DNA from: Planctomycetota bacterium | Lineage (GTDB): Bacteria > Planctomycetota > J132 | Length of the DNA: 51,717 bases | Reading direction: 5' to 3' | Assembly (NCBI GenBank): GCA_003694635.1 | Contig: RFKQ01000075.1 | Span: 1-51,717, forward strand | In this document: piece after piece, positions 43,001 to 51,673 of the stretch | How positions within the stretch are numbered: position 1 is the stretch's first letter | How the letters are laid out: every line of letters begins with the position of its first letter | The notes under the pieces: model-generated | What the model was told of the DNA's origin: nothing | Database searches by the model: none | What the model saw: the letters and a program-made list of their open reading frames with translations, nothing else | Translations under genes and position numbers: made by a program

Positions 43001-45544
43001 CAATTCTCCGAAGCTTGCCGCGATTTGAGCGATCTGCTCACCCGCCTAAACGCAAAACAGGCCATCGGAGATATTCTCCTAACCTCTCGCACCAAAATCT
43101 CCCGCAATCAAGAACTGGAGTTCCTCAACACCTCCCTCCAATCCTTCTCGCCTCCCCCTTCCCTGCAACGCCTCTCTGTCCTGATCTATTCCCCCAAAAA
43201 CCAAGATATCCACATCTACACCTTCCGGCACAACAGCTCGAAAAAAAGCTGGCAAGAAGTGGAATACCTGCGCGATATCCATCCCACCCTCAATCAGAAG
43301 TTAGAGCTCTGGCGATTTGGGCATTTTCAATTGGAGCGTCTTCCTTCTAAAGATGAGATTTACTTGTTTAAAGGAATCTCCAAAATCCACGCTCACGACC
43401 AGCGCCTCTTCGCCATCGCCCAAATTAGAGACTTTGCCCCCGTGCGAAATGAGCGGGGCGAAATCGTCCAACTTCCCCACCTAGAATACATAATCTTAGA
43501 AGCCCTGGACGCCATTCGAGAAGAATTAGCCCACCGCAAGGACCCCAAAACCCTGAACTGGAATCGTCTGATCTTCTATCTCTTGCCCCCCATCCTCATC
43601 TCTAAAAAAAATATCGAAGCCCTCGCCAGACGCCTCTGGCCCCTCGCCAAAGGACTGGATCTGGAAAAAGTGGTCTTCCGTATCAAACTCCGAGAAAAAC
43701 CCGAAGAAATTCCCCAAGATACCATCGTCCAAATCAAACCCTCCGGACAGGATATGGTCGTGGTGTACAAAATCCCCGATAATTCCCTGATCAAGCCGAT
43801 GAACGACTACTCTATGAAAGTTCTATGGGCCAAACAACGGGGATTGGTTTACGCCTATGAACTGGTAAAAATGCTCACCCCCCAAGCATCTACGGGAGAA
43901 TTGCCCCCCGGCCAGTTCCAAGAATACGACCTAGTGGATGGAGTTTTCCAACCAGTCCAGCGGGAGTACGGCCAAAATCACGCCAATGTGGTGGTAGGAA
44001 CCATCTGCAACTTCACCTCCAAATATCCAGAGGGAATGACACGGGTACTCATTGTAGGGGATTGTACCCGCTCTATGGGGAGTTTGGCCGAGCCGGAATG
44101 TTCGAGAATTCTAGCTGCTCTTGATCTGGCAGAAGAAAAGAGACTGCCGGTGGAGTGGTACGCGGTCTCCTCCGGAGCGAAAATTTCTATGGATAGCGGG
44201 ACGGAAAACCTAGACTGGACAGCTAAAGTCCTAAAACGCATCATTGAATTCACCCAAAAAGGCGGCATCATCAACATTATTGTGGACGCCATCAATGTAG
44301 GCGCCCAGTCGTATTGGAACGCGGAAGCCACCATGCTGATGCACACAAAAGGCTGCCTGATTATGACTCCAAATGGAGCAATGGTGCTGACGGGAAAAAA
44401 CGCCCTCGATTACTCCGGAGGAGTGTCCGCCGAAGATAACCTCGGAATCGGCGGCTACGAACGAATTATGGGCCCCAATGCCCAAGCCCACTATTACGCC
44501 CAAAATTTGATGGAGGCGTACAAAATCCTCTTTGAATTCTACGACTACACCTACATTTTGCCCGGGGAAAAACTCCCCCGCCTACGAAAAACCACCGATC
44601 CATGGGATAGAGATATCTGCCGCTCCCCCTACCGGGATCGAGAAGGAGGCGACTTTCAAACAGTAGGAGATATTTTCTCCCAGAAAAAAAATGCCGAGCG
44701 CAAAAAGCCCTTCTCCATCCGCGAAGTAATGCGAGCCCTACAAGATACAGATGCTAGCGCCTTAGAACGCTGGGCCGCGATGAAAGACGGAGAACTCGCT
44801 GTGGTACTGGATACCCACATTGGCGGCGTACCCGCCTGTATGATCGGGATTGAGAGCAAACCACTCGAACGATTCGGCTATGTCCCAAGCTACGGGCCTG
44901 AAGTGTGGACGGGAGGAACCCTCTTTCCCAAGTCCTCCAAAAAAGTAGCCCGGGCCATCAACAGCGCCAGCGGCAATCGAGCGGTGGTGGTGCTCGCCAA
45001 CCTTTCCGGATTCGACGGCTCACCGGAATCCCTGCGCAAGCTCCAACTGGAATACGGCGCAGAAATCGGCCGCGCCGTGGTCAACTACCAAGGCCCAGCC
45101 TTGATCTTCTGCGTCATCTCCCGCTACCACGGAGGTGCTTACGTGGTGTTTTCCCGCTTTCTCAACCCCTACTTTACCTCCCTTGCGCTGGAGGGCTCGT
45201 TCGCTTCCGTTATCGGCGGAGCGCCGGCGGCCTACGTGGTATTCCCACGCAAAGTAAAGGCGCTTGTGATGCAAAACAAACGCCTAAATCAACTCAAAGA
45301 ACGCTGGAAAAAAGCGTCTAATAAACAACGAGCCATACTGCGACAAAAGTACGATGAGCTGTACCAACAACTCTACCAAAAAGCACTCCGCCAAGTGGCC
45401 GAAGAATTCGATCAGATCCATACCGTGGAACGGGCAAAAAAAGTAGGCTCCCTAGACCGAATTTTTGCCCCAAAAAATCTAAGAAAATGCATCATTGAAA
45501 TTCTACATCAGAAAATCTCCAACTACCAAAAAAACACAAAATAA
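40028..45544 (+). CDS. Single-polypeptide multidomain acyl-CoA (acetyl-CoA-type) carboxylase: biotin carboxylase - BCCP - central domain - carboxyltransferase
   Basis: The BC ATP-grasp domain has GYPLALKASAGGGGRGIRKV and MEMNTRLQVEHPITE. The biotinyl motif is EAMKMEM. The CT domain has VGDCTRSMGSLAEPE, SSGAKI and LANLSGFDGS. Confidence 0.85.
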   Translation: MKTKKFSKLALLNRGEPAVRFLQAIQEVNRLENANIQTYFLYTDPDKNSLAIHRCDVPVYLGPPFFQNGTERKSSYLNYSKIRQILLDYKIDGVWVGWGFAAEDPNFAALCEELGVTFIGPSSQTMRMLGDKILSKKLAEQAKIPVIPWSGGVVQTLEEAMATAKKLGYPLALKASAGGGGRGIRKVQKEKELKELFHSAQQEALKAFGCGDLFLEALIPSPRHIEVQIAADLYGNCQALGVRDCSVQRRHQKIIEETPSPVLSPKLEKQVCQYAVKLAKTAKYHNLGTVEFLFKDGKFYFMEMNTRLQVEHPITELTYGLDLVKLQISIARGKKLPAPFPSPKGHAIEVRLNAEDPEQGFAPAPGKVLHYSPPTGIGIRVDTGLRIGDSIPQEFDSMIAKIIAYGANRNEAIARLDRALREMNMIIEGGTTNKGFLLELIRNRAFVQAKITTDWLDKRQKRSPIFPKKNTQLALLCTGIEIYERRFDKIKERFFQTAFRGRPNLDFPQHPQEITLQHEKKTYKFSIAKIDLYTYRIYSTTKQWTDVIYRKVNPFQAELLYLNKRYTIFHSWQKHLDYVEVDGIHYLIREDTGGAITSPMPALVLNIAVQEGQRIKAGDKVAVLEAMKMEMPIFASEDGVVKKVMIQPGSQIAAGEAILLLETTGKENSPNTTLELKPLHSLNDLSHVSTILEELKHLFLGYDFPESYVNTALKKLINSNLPPQPQTEILAKFKEILKIYTSLEDLFQTSPQNAQRRHFSSKEYLYLYLHWFSGEGEGLPEEFLTKLKNALSCYKIESLKPQDRLKNAILRIFLSNTRLKLKNQVLKSLLKLLLEHPHWLQPADRREFRLLITNVAEIAQKSFPELYNICRRVLYALFDGRYMERRRQKILYKVDLMLDKLANSPSDSERASQMAWLLNVPISLKKYLSQKIINSPQLAPHILEIFVRRLYQKHYLKELYTITSKKLSQCVAQIKEDSQPIHLTFLHKNYRQFSEACRDLSDLLTRLNAKQAIGDILLTSRTKISRNQELEFLNTSLQSFSPPPSLQRLSVLIYSPKNQDIHIYTFRHNSSKKSWQEVEYLRDIHPTLNQKLELWRFGHFQLERLPSKDEIYLFKGISKIHAHDQRLFAIAQIRDFAPVRNERGEIVQLPHLEYIILEALDAIREELAHRKDPKTLNWNRLIFYLLPPILISKKNIEALARRLWPLAKGLDLEKVVFRIKLREKPEEIPQDTIVQIKPSGQDMVVVYKIPDNSLIKPMNDYSMKVLWAKQRGLVYAYELVKMLTPQASTGELPPGQFQEYDLVDGVFQPVQREYGQNHANVVVGTICNFTSKYPEGMTRVLIVGDCTRSMGSLAEPECSRILAALDLAEEKRLPVEWYAVSSGAKISMDSGTENLDWTAKVLKRIIEFTQKGGIINIIVDAINVGAQSYWNAEATMLMHTKGCLIMTPNGAMVLTGKNALDYSGGVSAEDNLGIGGYERIMGPNAQAHYYAQNLMEAYKILFEFYDYTYILPGEKLPRLRKTTDPWDRDICRSPYRDREGGDFQTVGDIFSQKKNAERKKPFSIREVMRALQDTDASALERWAAMKDGELAVVLDTHIGGVPACMIGIESKPLERFGYVPSYGPEVWTGGTLFPKSSKKVARAINSASGNRAVVVLANLSGFDGSPESLRKLQLEYGAEIGRAVVNYQGPALIFCVISRYHGGAYVVFSRFLNPYFTSLALEGSFASVIGGAPAAYVVFPRKVKALVMQNKRLNQLKERWKKASNKQRAILRQKYDELYQQLYQKALRQVAEEFDQIHTVERAKKVGSLDRIFAPKNLRKCIIEILHQKISNYQKNTK

Positions 45545-45600
45545 AAACTTCTCCCCTCCCCTCGTAAATGATGTAAATTTTACTCACTAACCATTGGGCT

Positions 45601-46407
45601 TTGAAAAAGGGAAAAAACTTGAGAATAGAAAAAGCCAAAAAAACGAAAATCAAACAAATATTTAACCTCCTCGCCTCCAAATACGGACACTACGCCCAGC
45701 CGGAAGGGCAGAGTATCTTAGAGCATTTGATTTATTATATCCTTTCCTACGATTCCTCCATCACATGCGCCAAAAAGGCTTTTAAAGCCTTTGTCCAAGG
45801 CGAAGAATTCGTGGACTGGAATGAGGTCCGAGTTGCCTCGAACAGAAATTTAAAAGAATTTCTTCAAGAATTTAGATGTCAACCTTCCTCGGGGGAGAAA
45901 ATAAAAAAACTTCTTTCCAACGTCTTTGAAAAATTTCATAAACTGGACCTAGAATTCCTTCGCCAAAAGCCTATAGAAGAAGCAAAAAAAATTCTCAGCT
46001 CTCTTCCCGCCTTAGAAAAACATATCATCCCCTGGATTTTAGCAATCACCCACCAAGGAAACCAATTCCCCATCGATCAAAAAACTCACCTCATCCTAGC
46101 ACGCCTTGGAGTGATACCCCCAAAAACCGAAGACACTGAATTGGATCAAATCCTACAAGCTAGCCTGGATAAAGACCACATTCTCCCGTTTCACCGAAGC
46201 ATCGTAGAACACAGCAAAAAAACTTGCCTAGAACAAGGGGAGATGAAATGCAAACGCTGCCTCTTGCGCAAACACTGCCTCTACTTCCACCTAACAGAGG
46301 GAGAACACCCTCCACAACAAACAAGCCTAGAGGTCATAGAACAGCGCTCCAAATCCCCCTCGCATTCGAAAAATAAAATAAAAAAACGAAAAGTTAGCCA
46401 AAAATAG
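45601..46407 (+). CDS. HhH/endonuclease III-related protein with C-terminal Cys cluster
   Basis: It shows EndoIII-like helical organisation and the cluster C-x7-C-x2-C-x5-C (CLEQGEMKCKRCLLRKHC), which resembles the EndoIII [4Fe-4S] loop. The start codon is TTG, so the start is uncertain. Confidence 0.5.
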   Translation: MKKGKNLRIEKAKKTKIKQIFNLLASKYGHYAQPEGQSILEHLIYYILSYDSSITCAKKAFKAFVQGEEFVDWNEVRVASNRNLKEFLQEFRCQPSSGEKIKKLLSNVFEKFHKLDLEFLRQKPIEEAKKILSSLPALEKHIIPWILAITHQGNQFPIDQKTHLILARLGVIPPKTEDTELDQILQASLDKDHILPFHRSIVEHSKKTCLEQGEMKCKRCLLRKHCLYFHLTEGEHPPQQTSLEVIEQRSKSPSHSKNKIKKRKVSQK

Positions 46408-46417
46408 GAGCAAAAGA

Positions 46418-47869
46418 ATGGCGAGATTCACACTACCAATTTGGCTAATCTTGCCAACTTTTTTGTTGGGATGCCGCAATCCAATTTTACTTTTTTCCTC
46501 CAATCCCGCCCCATCAACAAAAGTAAGCATCCCTGCCTATGCCGCTCTTACCTGCGCCATTCGACACAGCGAAGAGGGCAAACTCCAAGAAGCAGCCAAA
46601 TGGTTGGAAATCGCTCGAAAAGCAGACCCTAGCTCAGTGGAAATCCTGAAGTGGAGCGGAGATATTCTTATCCAATTGGGGCATACCCAAGAAGGTCTAG
46701 ACTGGCTGCATCAAGCCTCAGAACTGGCCAAAAAAAACTACAACCAACACCTGGATATCGCCCAAATCTACCAAAAGCATGGCTATCTATTCCAAGCCCT
46801 ACAAGAATACTACCGTACCCTTACCATTCGTCCCAATCTAACCTATCCAACGAAGGAAATCCTAAAACTACTCCACCTTCTCCACCAACCCCAAATCGCC
46901 ATCCCCCTACTAGAACGCCTGATTCCGCTGACCCATGAAAAACGAAGGCTGCAAGTGTACCTAGCGCTCTCCCAAAACTTTCGCGAAGCCCAAAAACCTG
47001 AGGTAGCCCTGCAAGTTCTGCGCAACCTGGATCTGCAATACCCAAAATCTGCCGAGTTAAAACTCGAATTTATCCGCAACCTCTACGCCCTCCAACGCTA
47101 TACCTACGCCTTGAAATACGTCCAAAATGCCCTCATCTTCCACCCCCATTATCCCTATTTTTACTACTATATGGGCTTGATCTTGAAAAAATTGAAAAAA
47201 AATAAAAGCGCCCAGCTGGTCTTCCAACGCCTGATCGAAATCTTAAAATCCCCTCCACCCTCTCAGAAAAAATTTAAATCTTTTAAACTCTCCCAACGAT
47301 TTAACCTTCTAGGAAAAGTCTATTTTCAATTGGGTAGAGAGCAAGAAGCGGTTAAATGCCTCTTTCAATCCCTCTCCATCGATAAATCCAACCGGAACGC
47401 CATTTTGATCCTTACCCAACATCTCCTGAAAAAAGGTCAGTACAAATTGGTGGTAGCTTTGCTAGAAAATTACCTCTCAGCGGTGCCCCAAGATAAGGAA
47501 ATCAAAGGCGAATTGGCCTACATTTACAGCAAAATTCAACTCTCTCTCGATAAAGCCATTCAGTACTCCCTGGAAGCCTTAGAAGTCTACCCTACCAATT
47601 CCCGATATCTTTATGCGCTAGGGTGGGCGTACTTCCAAAAATCCCGTTTTGAAATGGCGCGCAGCTTTTTAAATCAAGCGGTGGAGATCGGAGAAAATCT
47701 AGAAGCAAAGTTGGCATTGGGCTACCTAAATTTCTGCCTAGGGGATTTAGCCCGCTCCAAAAAATGGTACCAGAGCGCCCAAAAACAACTGCCCCAAAAC
47801 CCCTACATTCAAAATATGCTCCAACAAATCCAAGCCCTAGAATATGAGTTTCGAAAACGAGTGAAATAA
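46418..47869 (+). CDS. TPR-repeat lipoprotein
   Basis: The SD GGAG lies 8 nt upstream. It has the lipobox PTFLLGCRN and many 34-aa TPR-like repeats (A..Y/W......G....A...Y..AL...P). Confidence 0.7.
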   Translation: MARFTLPIWLILPTFLLGCRNPILLFSSNPAPSTKVSIPAYAALTCAIRHSEEGKLQEAAKWLEIARKADPSSVEILKWSGDILIQLGHTQEGLDWLHQASELAKKNYNQHLDIAQIYQKHGYLFQALQEYYRTLTIRPNLTYPTKEILKLLHLLHQPQIAIPLLERLIPLTHEKRRLQVYLALSQNFREAQKPEVALQVLRNLDLQYPKSAELKLEFIRNLYALQRYTYALKYVQNALIFHPHYPYFYYYMGLILKKLKKNKSAQLVFQRLIEILKSPPPSQKKFKSFKLSQRFNLLGKVYFQLGREQEAVKCLFQSLSIDKSNRNAILILTQHLLKKGQYKLVVALLENYLSAVPQDKEIKGELAYIYSKIQLSLDKAIQYSLEALEVYPTNSRYLYALGWAYFQKSRFEMARSFLNQAVEIGENLEAKLALGYLNFCLGDLARSKKWYQSAQKQLPQNPYIQNMLQQIQALEYEFRKRVK

Positions 47870-47941
47870 CTCTATTTAAACCTCTTCCTAAAACTCTCTG
47901 TCATTTTCCTAAAAGATTTTCCCACTTCAGATCTTAACAAA

Positions 47942-48616
47942 ATGCCCAAACTTTCCCCCTCAAAAAGGAAAGGTAAAGTGAAAACCACAAAAACCATCCT
48001 CTATATCACAGAGATTTTTTACAGCATCCAAGGTGAATCCAACGATGCGGGATATCCTTGCGTGTTTGTGCGTCTGAGTGGATGCGATCTGCGCTGCCAT
48101 TGGTGCGATACAGAATACTCTTTCCGCCGCGGCAAAAAAATGGAGTTGGAAGAGATTCTAAGCGAAATTCAACGATACCCCGTACGCCGTGTGGAGATCA
48201 CAGGCGGAGAACCTCTCCTGCAAAAGGGCGTGTATCCGCTTCTCAAAGCGCTCATCAAAAAAGGGTACCGCACCTTATTGGAAACTGGAGGTCATCGGGA
48301 TATCGCAGACGTTCCCAGAGGCGTGATCAAGGTGTTGGACATAAAGTGCCCCGATAGCGGTATGGCTGAGAGAATGCATTGGCAAAACCTCGCCTATCTC
48401 TCCGAAAAAGACGTTATCAAATTTGTCATCGCTAGCAGAAAAGATTACGAGTACGCAAAAAAAATTATCCAAGAATACTCTCTAAACACAGAGCAGGTCC
48501 ATCTCTCCCCTGTGGTCGCCTCTCTCTCCCCCCATCGTTTGGCAAAGTGGATGTTGGAGGATGCGCTGGAGGTACGCCTGCAGCCGCAATTGCATAAATG
48601 GCTAGAAGTGCCTTAA
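47942..48616 (+). CDS. queE: 7-carboxy-7-deazaguanine synthase (radical SAM)
   Basis: It has EIFYSIQGES, the radical-SAM cluster GCDLRCHWCDT and ITGGEPLLQ. Confidence 0.85.
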   Translation: MPKLSPSKRKGKVKTTKTILYITEIFYSIQGESNDAGYPCVFVRLSGCDLRCHWCDTEYSFRRGKKMELEEILSEIQRYPVRRVEITGGEPLLQKGVYPLLKALIKKGYRTLLETGGHRDIADVPRGVIKVLDIKCPDSGMAERMHWQNLAYLSEKDVIKFVIASRKDYEYAKKIIQEYSLNTEQVHLSPVVASLSPHRLAKWMLEDALEVRLQPQLHKWLEVP

Positions 48617-48672
48617 AGTTTTTGAGAAGTCTGAAAAACTTTTTCCCCTACCAACCCCTCCCAAAAACTTTA
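48615..48672. repeat. Head-to-head pair of REP-like leader motifs filling the whole 53-bp spacer between convergent queE and res; 11-nt terminal inverted repeat TAAAGTTTTTG / CAAAAACTTTA includes both stop codons
   Basis: The sequence reads TAAagtttttgagaagtctgaaaaactttttcccctaccaacccctcccaaaaacTTTA. The left half resembles the unit at 1-190, and the right half is the reverse complement of AAAGTTTTTGGGAGGGGTTGGTAGGGG (compare 6568-6597). Confidence 0.75.
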
Positions 48673-51663
48673 GCCATCCTCCTTCAAACTTTTGATAGGC
48701 ACATCGCTCCACTCTTTGGCAAGCACATACTGGACCGAACCGGCGCCTGAGCCAGCAATCGCCTTAAAATGCTTTTTCCCGCAAACAATCTTGGCCTCCT
48801 CCTTGTGCCGAAGATCTTTGACATGAACGGCCCCTTTGTTCTCGATGACAAAATACAGCCTCTCGCCCTCATTGGTATCCACCAGAACAGCCCAATCTGG
48901 AGTGTAGTTGCCGAGGGGAGTTGGTATCTTAAACCAAGTAGGCAACTTGGCGTAAAGCCTCACTTCCTCCTGCTTTTCCATCTGTTCGGCAAACTCCCTC
49001 TCGACCTTCGAATCGTACATCACCTGCTCATACACCGATTTGTTTGTCTTCTCCAGCAGGTTTTTTAAGTAGCCGGAAAGCTCCTCCTGCTCAAACAGCT
49101 CCTGGGCGTAATATTCGCCTATTCGCCGGTACTGAACGCCATCCACCAACGCTAGTTGTTTGGCTTTGTTGATGACCTCAGCGGCTAGATCGAGAAAGGC
49201 TTGCGGATTTTGCTTGAAATCGCCCAACCGGCCGCTTTCCTGAACAATCCTTAGCAGCGTGCGGCGGGTAAGTTGGGTGCGATCTTGGAGTTCGGTGAGC
49301 AAATCCGGAAGCTCGATATCCATTTCGTGGAGCGTAATGGTAGCCGCCCCCCCTTTTTCCTCCGCTTCCACGCCGGCTTTACCAATGGCGATATCGGCCT
49401 TTCGCCATTGCAAGCGGGTTCTGGTGATCTGAGGCGCGTCCTGAATGGCCCGGACGCAATCGGCGATCAACTTTTCATTGTCAAACTCAACGCGATAGGT
49501 GGTCTTGTGCTTGATACGGTCCCAAAGTGCCTTGAAATCTTCGCTCAAAAAGATTTCCTTGCGTACTCTAATCTGGCGGCGCTCATCGGCATTTTTAACC
49601 TCTAGCCGTCCAGCAGCTTTTTTCAATATGGCAATGATGGCCTCTCTTTGGGGTTCAAATTCCGGCGGCAGTTCCAAGCTACCTTCCTTGAGCGCAGTGC
49701 GGAGCAAATCTTGCACCCGTTCCTTGCTATCCAAATACCCTTTCTCTTGGAGGAAAATCCACAGCTTCTCGGATCGCTCTGCGCCCAAGGGTTGCTCTAC
49801 GCCATTGTTTACGGCTACGGGGATAGCTGCAAACTGGTGCTTTTCCACCACGCCAAAGCGAACACCGGTATCCTCCTCTAGCTCCCTTTGCAGGTTTCTA
49901 GCAAAGTCCTCGTAGCGCTCATTGGCAATCACCGTTAGCGTATTGATCTCATGGCCGTGTACCCGGTGGCCTGACTGATCCACGCATAGGCGTAGACCGC
50001 GCCCGATGGACTGTCGCCGCTCGCGTTCGGTACGGATATCCCGAAGGGTACAAATCTGGAAGACGTTGGGATTGTCCCAACCTTCACGCAGCGCTGAGTG
50101 GGAAAAAATGAACTTCAAAGGCTCCTTCAAATCCAGCAGCCTCTCCTTATCCCGCATGATCAGCTGGTAGGTGTCCTCATCCGCTTTGGTGTTGCCCCGG
50201 GTATCCTTGAACATTTCCACCGTTTTGCCCCTCACCTTTTTGCGGTCGATGGAGAAATAGCCGTTGTGGACCTGTTCGGCAAGCTGTTCCACGTCTTCAT
50301 GTGCAAACATTTCCTTGTATTTTTCTAACCTAGCCACGCGGACAAATTCCTCTTCAAAAATCCTTGCATACTCGCCCTGGATGGGATTGCCTTCCTGATC
50401 GTACTGGCGATATTTGGCCACCTCATCGATGAAAAACAACGACAGCACCTTGATCCCCCGAGGGTGCAGGCGGCGCTCTTTGTCCAGATGCTCCTTGATG
50501 GTGCGGCGAATCAACTGGCGGGCTAGCGCGTTCTTATCCACATCGCCATAGGCCTGCCCGGGCTGTAGGAAGACCTCGCCGCCAGGATAGCGAAGCTCCA
50601 TATACGGATGATCCTTCGCTACGGATATTTCGCCAATTCTGTGGTTGGCATAAAGACCGCGGCCAGTGGTTTGCTCCAGATCATCGCCATCGTAGACCCT
50701 CACTTCCTTGCGCTTGACGCCCGAGCGCGTTTGGACGTCCAATTCCACCACCGCCGAGATGGTGTTTCTCCGAATTTGCACCTTAATCAGCCGAACGTAG
50801 GGCTTGTTATGGCCCGATTCCACGGTCGCAGAGGCTACCTCAATTTGCTTGACCAGTTTGCGCTCGTAAGCGTCCACAGCATCCAAGCGGTAAACCATGT
50901 GGTACTTGTGCACGTGGGTGGCGGAATAGCGAAGGGTACAGAGCGGATGCATCGCATCCAGCGCAGCTTTGCCCTTGCCCTTGAGGCCTCCGTCCACGCT
51001 TTGTGGCTCGTCCACAATCAAGATCGGCCGAGTGGCCCGAATGAGCTCGATGGGTTTCTCGCCGCCGGTTTTCTCGCTATCCTTGTAGAGGTTGTTCACA
51101 TCCTTCTTGTTGATAGCCCCCACGGTCACCACCATGATTTGAACGGTGGAGCTGATGGCGAAATTGCGCACCTGCCCAAGCTTGGCCGAGTCGTAGATAA
51201 AGTATTCAAAGGGCACGCCGGCGTAGAGGCTTTTGAAGTGATCTTCCGTGATTTGCAGGGTTTTGTACACCCCTTCCTTAATGGCAATGGAGGGTACCAC
51301 AATCACAAACTTGGTGAAGCCGTAGCGCTTGTTGAGCTCGAAAATGGTGCGCAAATAAACGTAGGTTTTGCCCGTTCCGGTCTCCATCTCCACCGTGAAG
51401 TCGCCGGAGCGCAACGCGGAGTCTATGGGTAGTCCGTTGCGGAGCTGAACCGCTTGCAGATTTTTCAAAATCTCATCGTCCAGCAGGGTAAGTCGATTGC
51501 CGATGCCCACCGCCTCTCCAAAGCCTAGTTCCATTTGGTCATCCAGGCCACTTTGCAGAACGGTAAACTCGGTTCGACAGATTTCTTGGCCCTGAAATAG
51601 GTCGCAGACAGCTTCAATGGCCTGCAATTGAAAGTCAAGATTTGGCTCAAAATGGAGTTTCAT
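48670..51663 (-). CDS. res: Type III restriction-modification Res subunit (SF2 helicase plus C-terminal PD-(D/E)xK nuclease)
   Basis: The N-terminus is MKLHFEPNLDFQLQAIEAVCDLFQGQ. Helicase motif I is ETGTGKTY, motif II is IVDEPQS, and motif VI-like is QSIGRGLR. The C-terminal nuclease-like region is YTPDWAVLV...YFVIENKG. I chose the ATG at 51663, with AAGGAGG 5 nt upstream. Confidence 0.8.
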   Translation of the reverse strand: MKLHFEPNLDFQLQAIEAVCDLFQGQEICRTEFTVLQSGLDDQMELGFGEAVGIGNRLTLLDDEILKNLQAVQLRNGLPIDSALRSGDFTVEMETGTGKTYVYLRTIFELNKRYGFTKFVIVVPSIAIKEGVYKTLQITEDHFKSLYAGVPFEYFIYDSAKLGQVRNFAISSTVQIMVVTVGAINKKDVNNLYKDSEKTGGEKPIELIRATRPILIVDEPQSVDGGLKGKGKAALDAMHPLCTLRYSATHVHKYHMVYRLDAVDAYERKLVKQIEVASATVESGHNKPYVRLIKVQIRRNTISAVVELDVQTRSGVKRKEVRVYDGDDLEQTTGRGLYANHRIGEISVAKDHPYMELRYPGGEVFLQPGQAYGDVDKNALARQLIRRTIKEHLDKERRLHPRGIKVLSLFFIDEVAKYRQYDQEGNPIQGEYARIFEEEFVRVARLEKYKEMFAHEDVEQLAEQVHNGYFSIDRKKVRGKTVEMFKDTRGNTKADEDTYQLIMRDKERLLDLKEPLKFIFSHSALREGWDNPNVFQICTLRDIRTERERRQSIGRGLRLCVDQSGHRVHGHEINTLTVIANERYEDFARNLQRELEEDTGVRFGVVEKHQFAAIPVAVNNGVEQPLGAERSEKLWIFLQEKGYLDSKERVQDLLRTALKEGSLELPPEFEPQREAIIAILKKAAGRLEVKNADERRQIRVRKEIFLSEDFKALWDRIKHKTTYRVEFDNEKLIADCVRAIQDAPQITRTRLQWRKADIAIGKAGVEAEEKGGAATITLHEMDIELPDLLTELQDRTQLTRRTLLRIVQESGRLGDFKQNPQAFLDLAAEVINKAKQLALVDGVQYRRIGEYYAQELFEQEELSGYLKNLLEKTNKSVYEQVMYDSKVEREFAEQMEKQEEVRLYAKLPTWFKIPTPLGNYTPDWAVLVDTNEGERLYFVIENKGAVHVKDLRHKEEAKIVCGKKHFKAIAGSGAGSVQYVLAKEWSDVPIKSLKEDG

Positions 51664-51673
51664 GGCCGCCTCC

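Noticed and set aside
9480-43900. The skewed block as an integrated mobile element, prophage or genomic island
   Set aside because: Its content is largely housekeeping or envelope genes (serS, carboxylase, glycan enzymes). No integrase, transposase, phage structural or conjugation genes are present. No flanking direct repeats were found at about 9.5 kb or about 43 kb. The right boundary is gradual and lies inside a gene.
47942-51663. queE next to a restriction helicase, as a possible 7-deazaguanine DNA-modification (Dpd-like) defence island
   Set aside because: The two genes are convergent, not co-oriented. No queC, queD, folE, TGT/DpdA-like or other dpd genes are in the window. The Res protein has the ordinary Type III architecture with an apparent upstream partner gene. 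queE is most simply the housekeeping queuosine gene.
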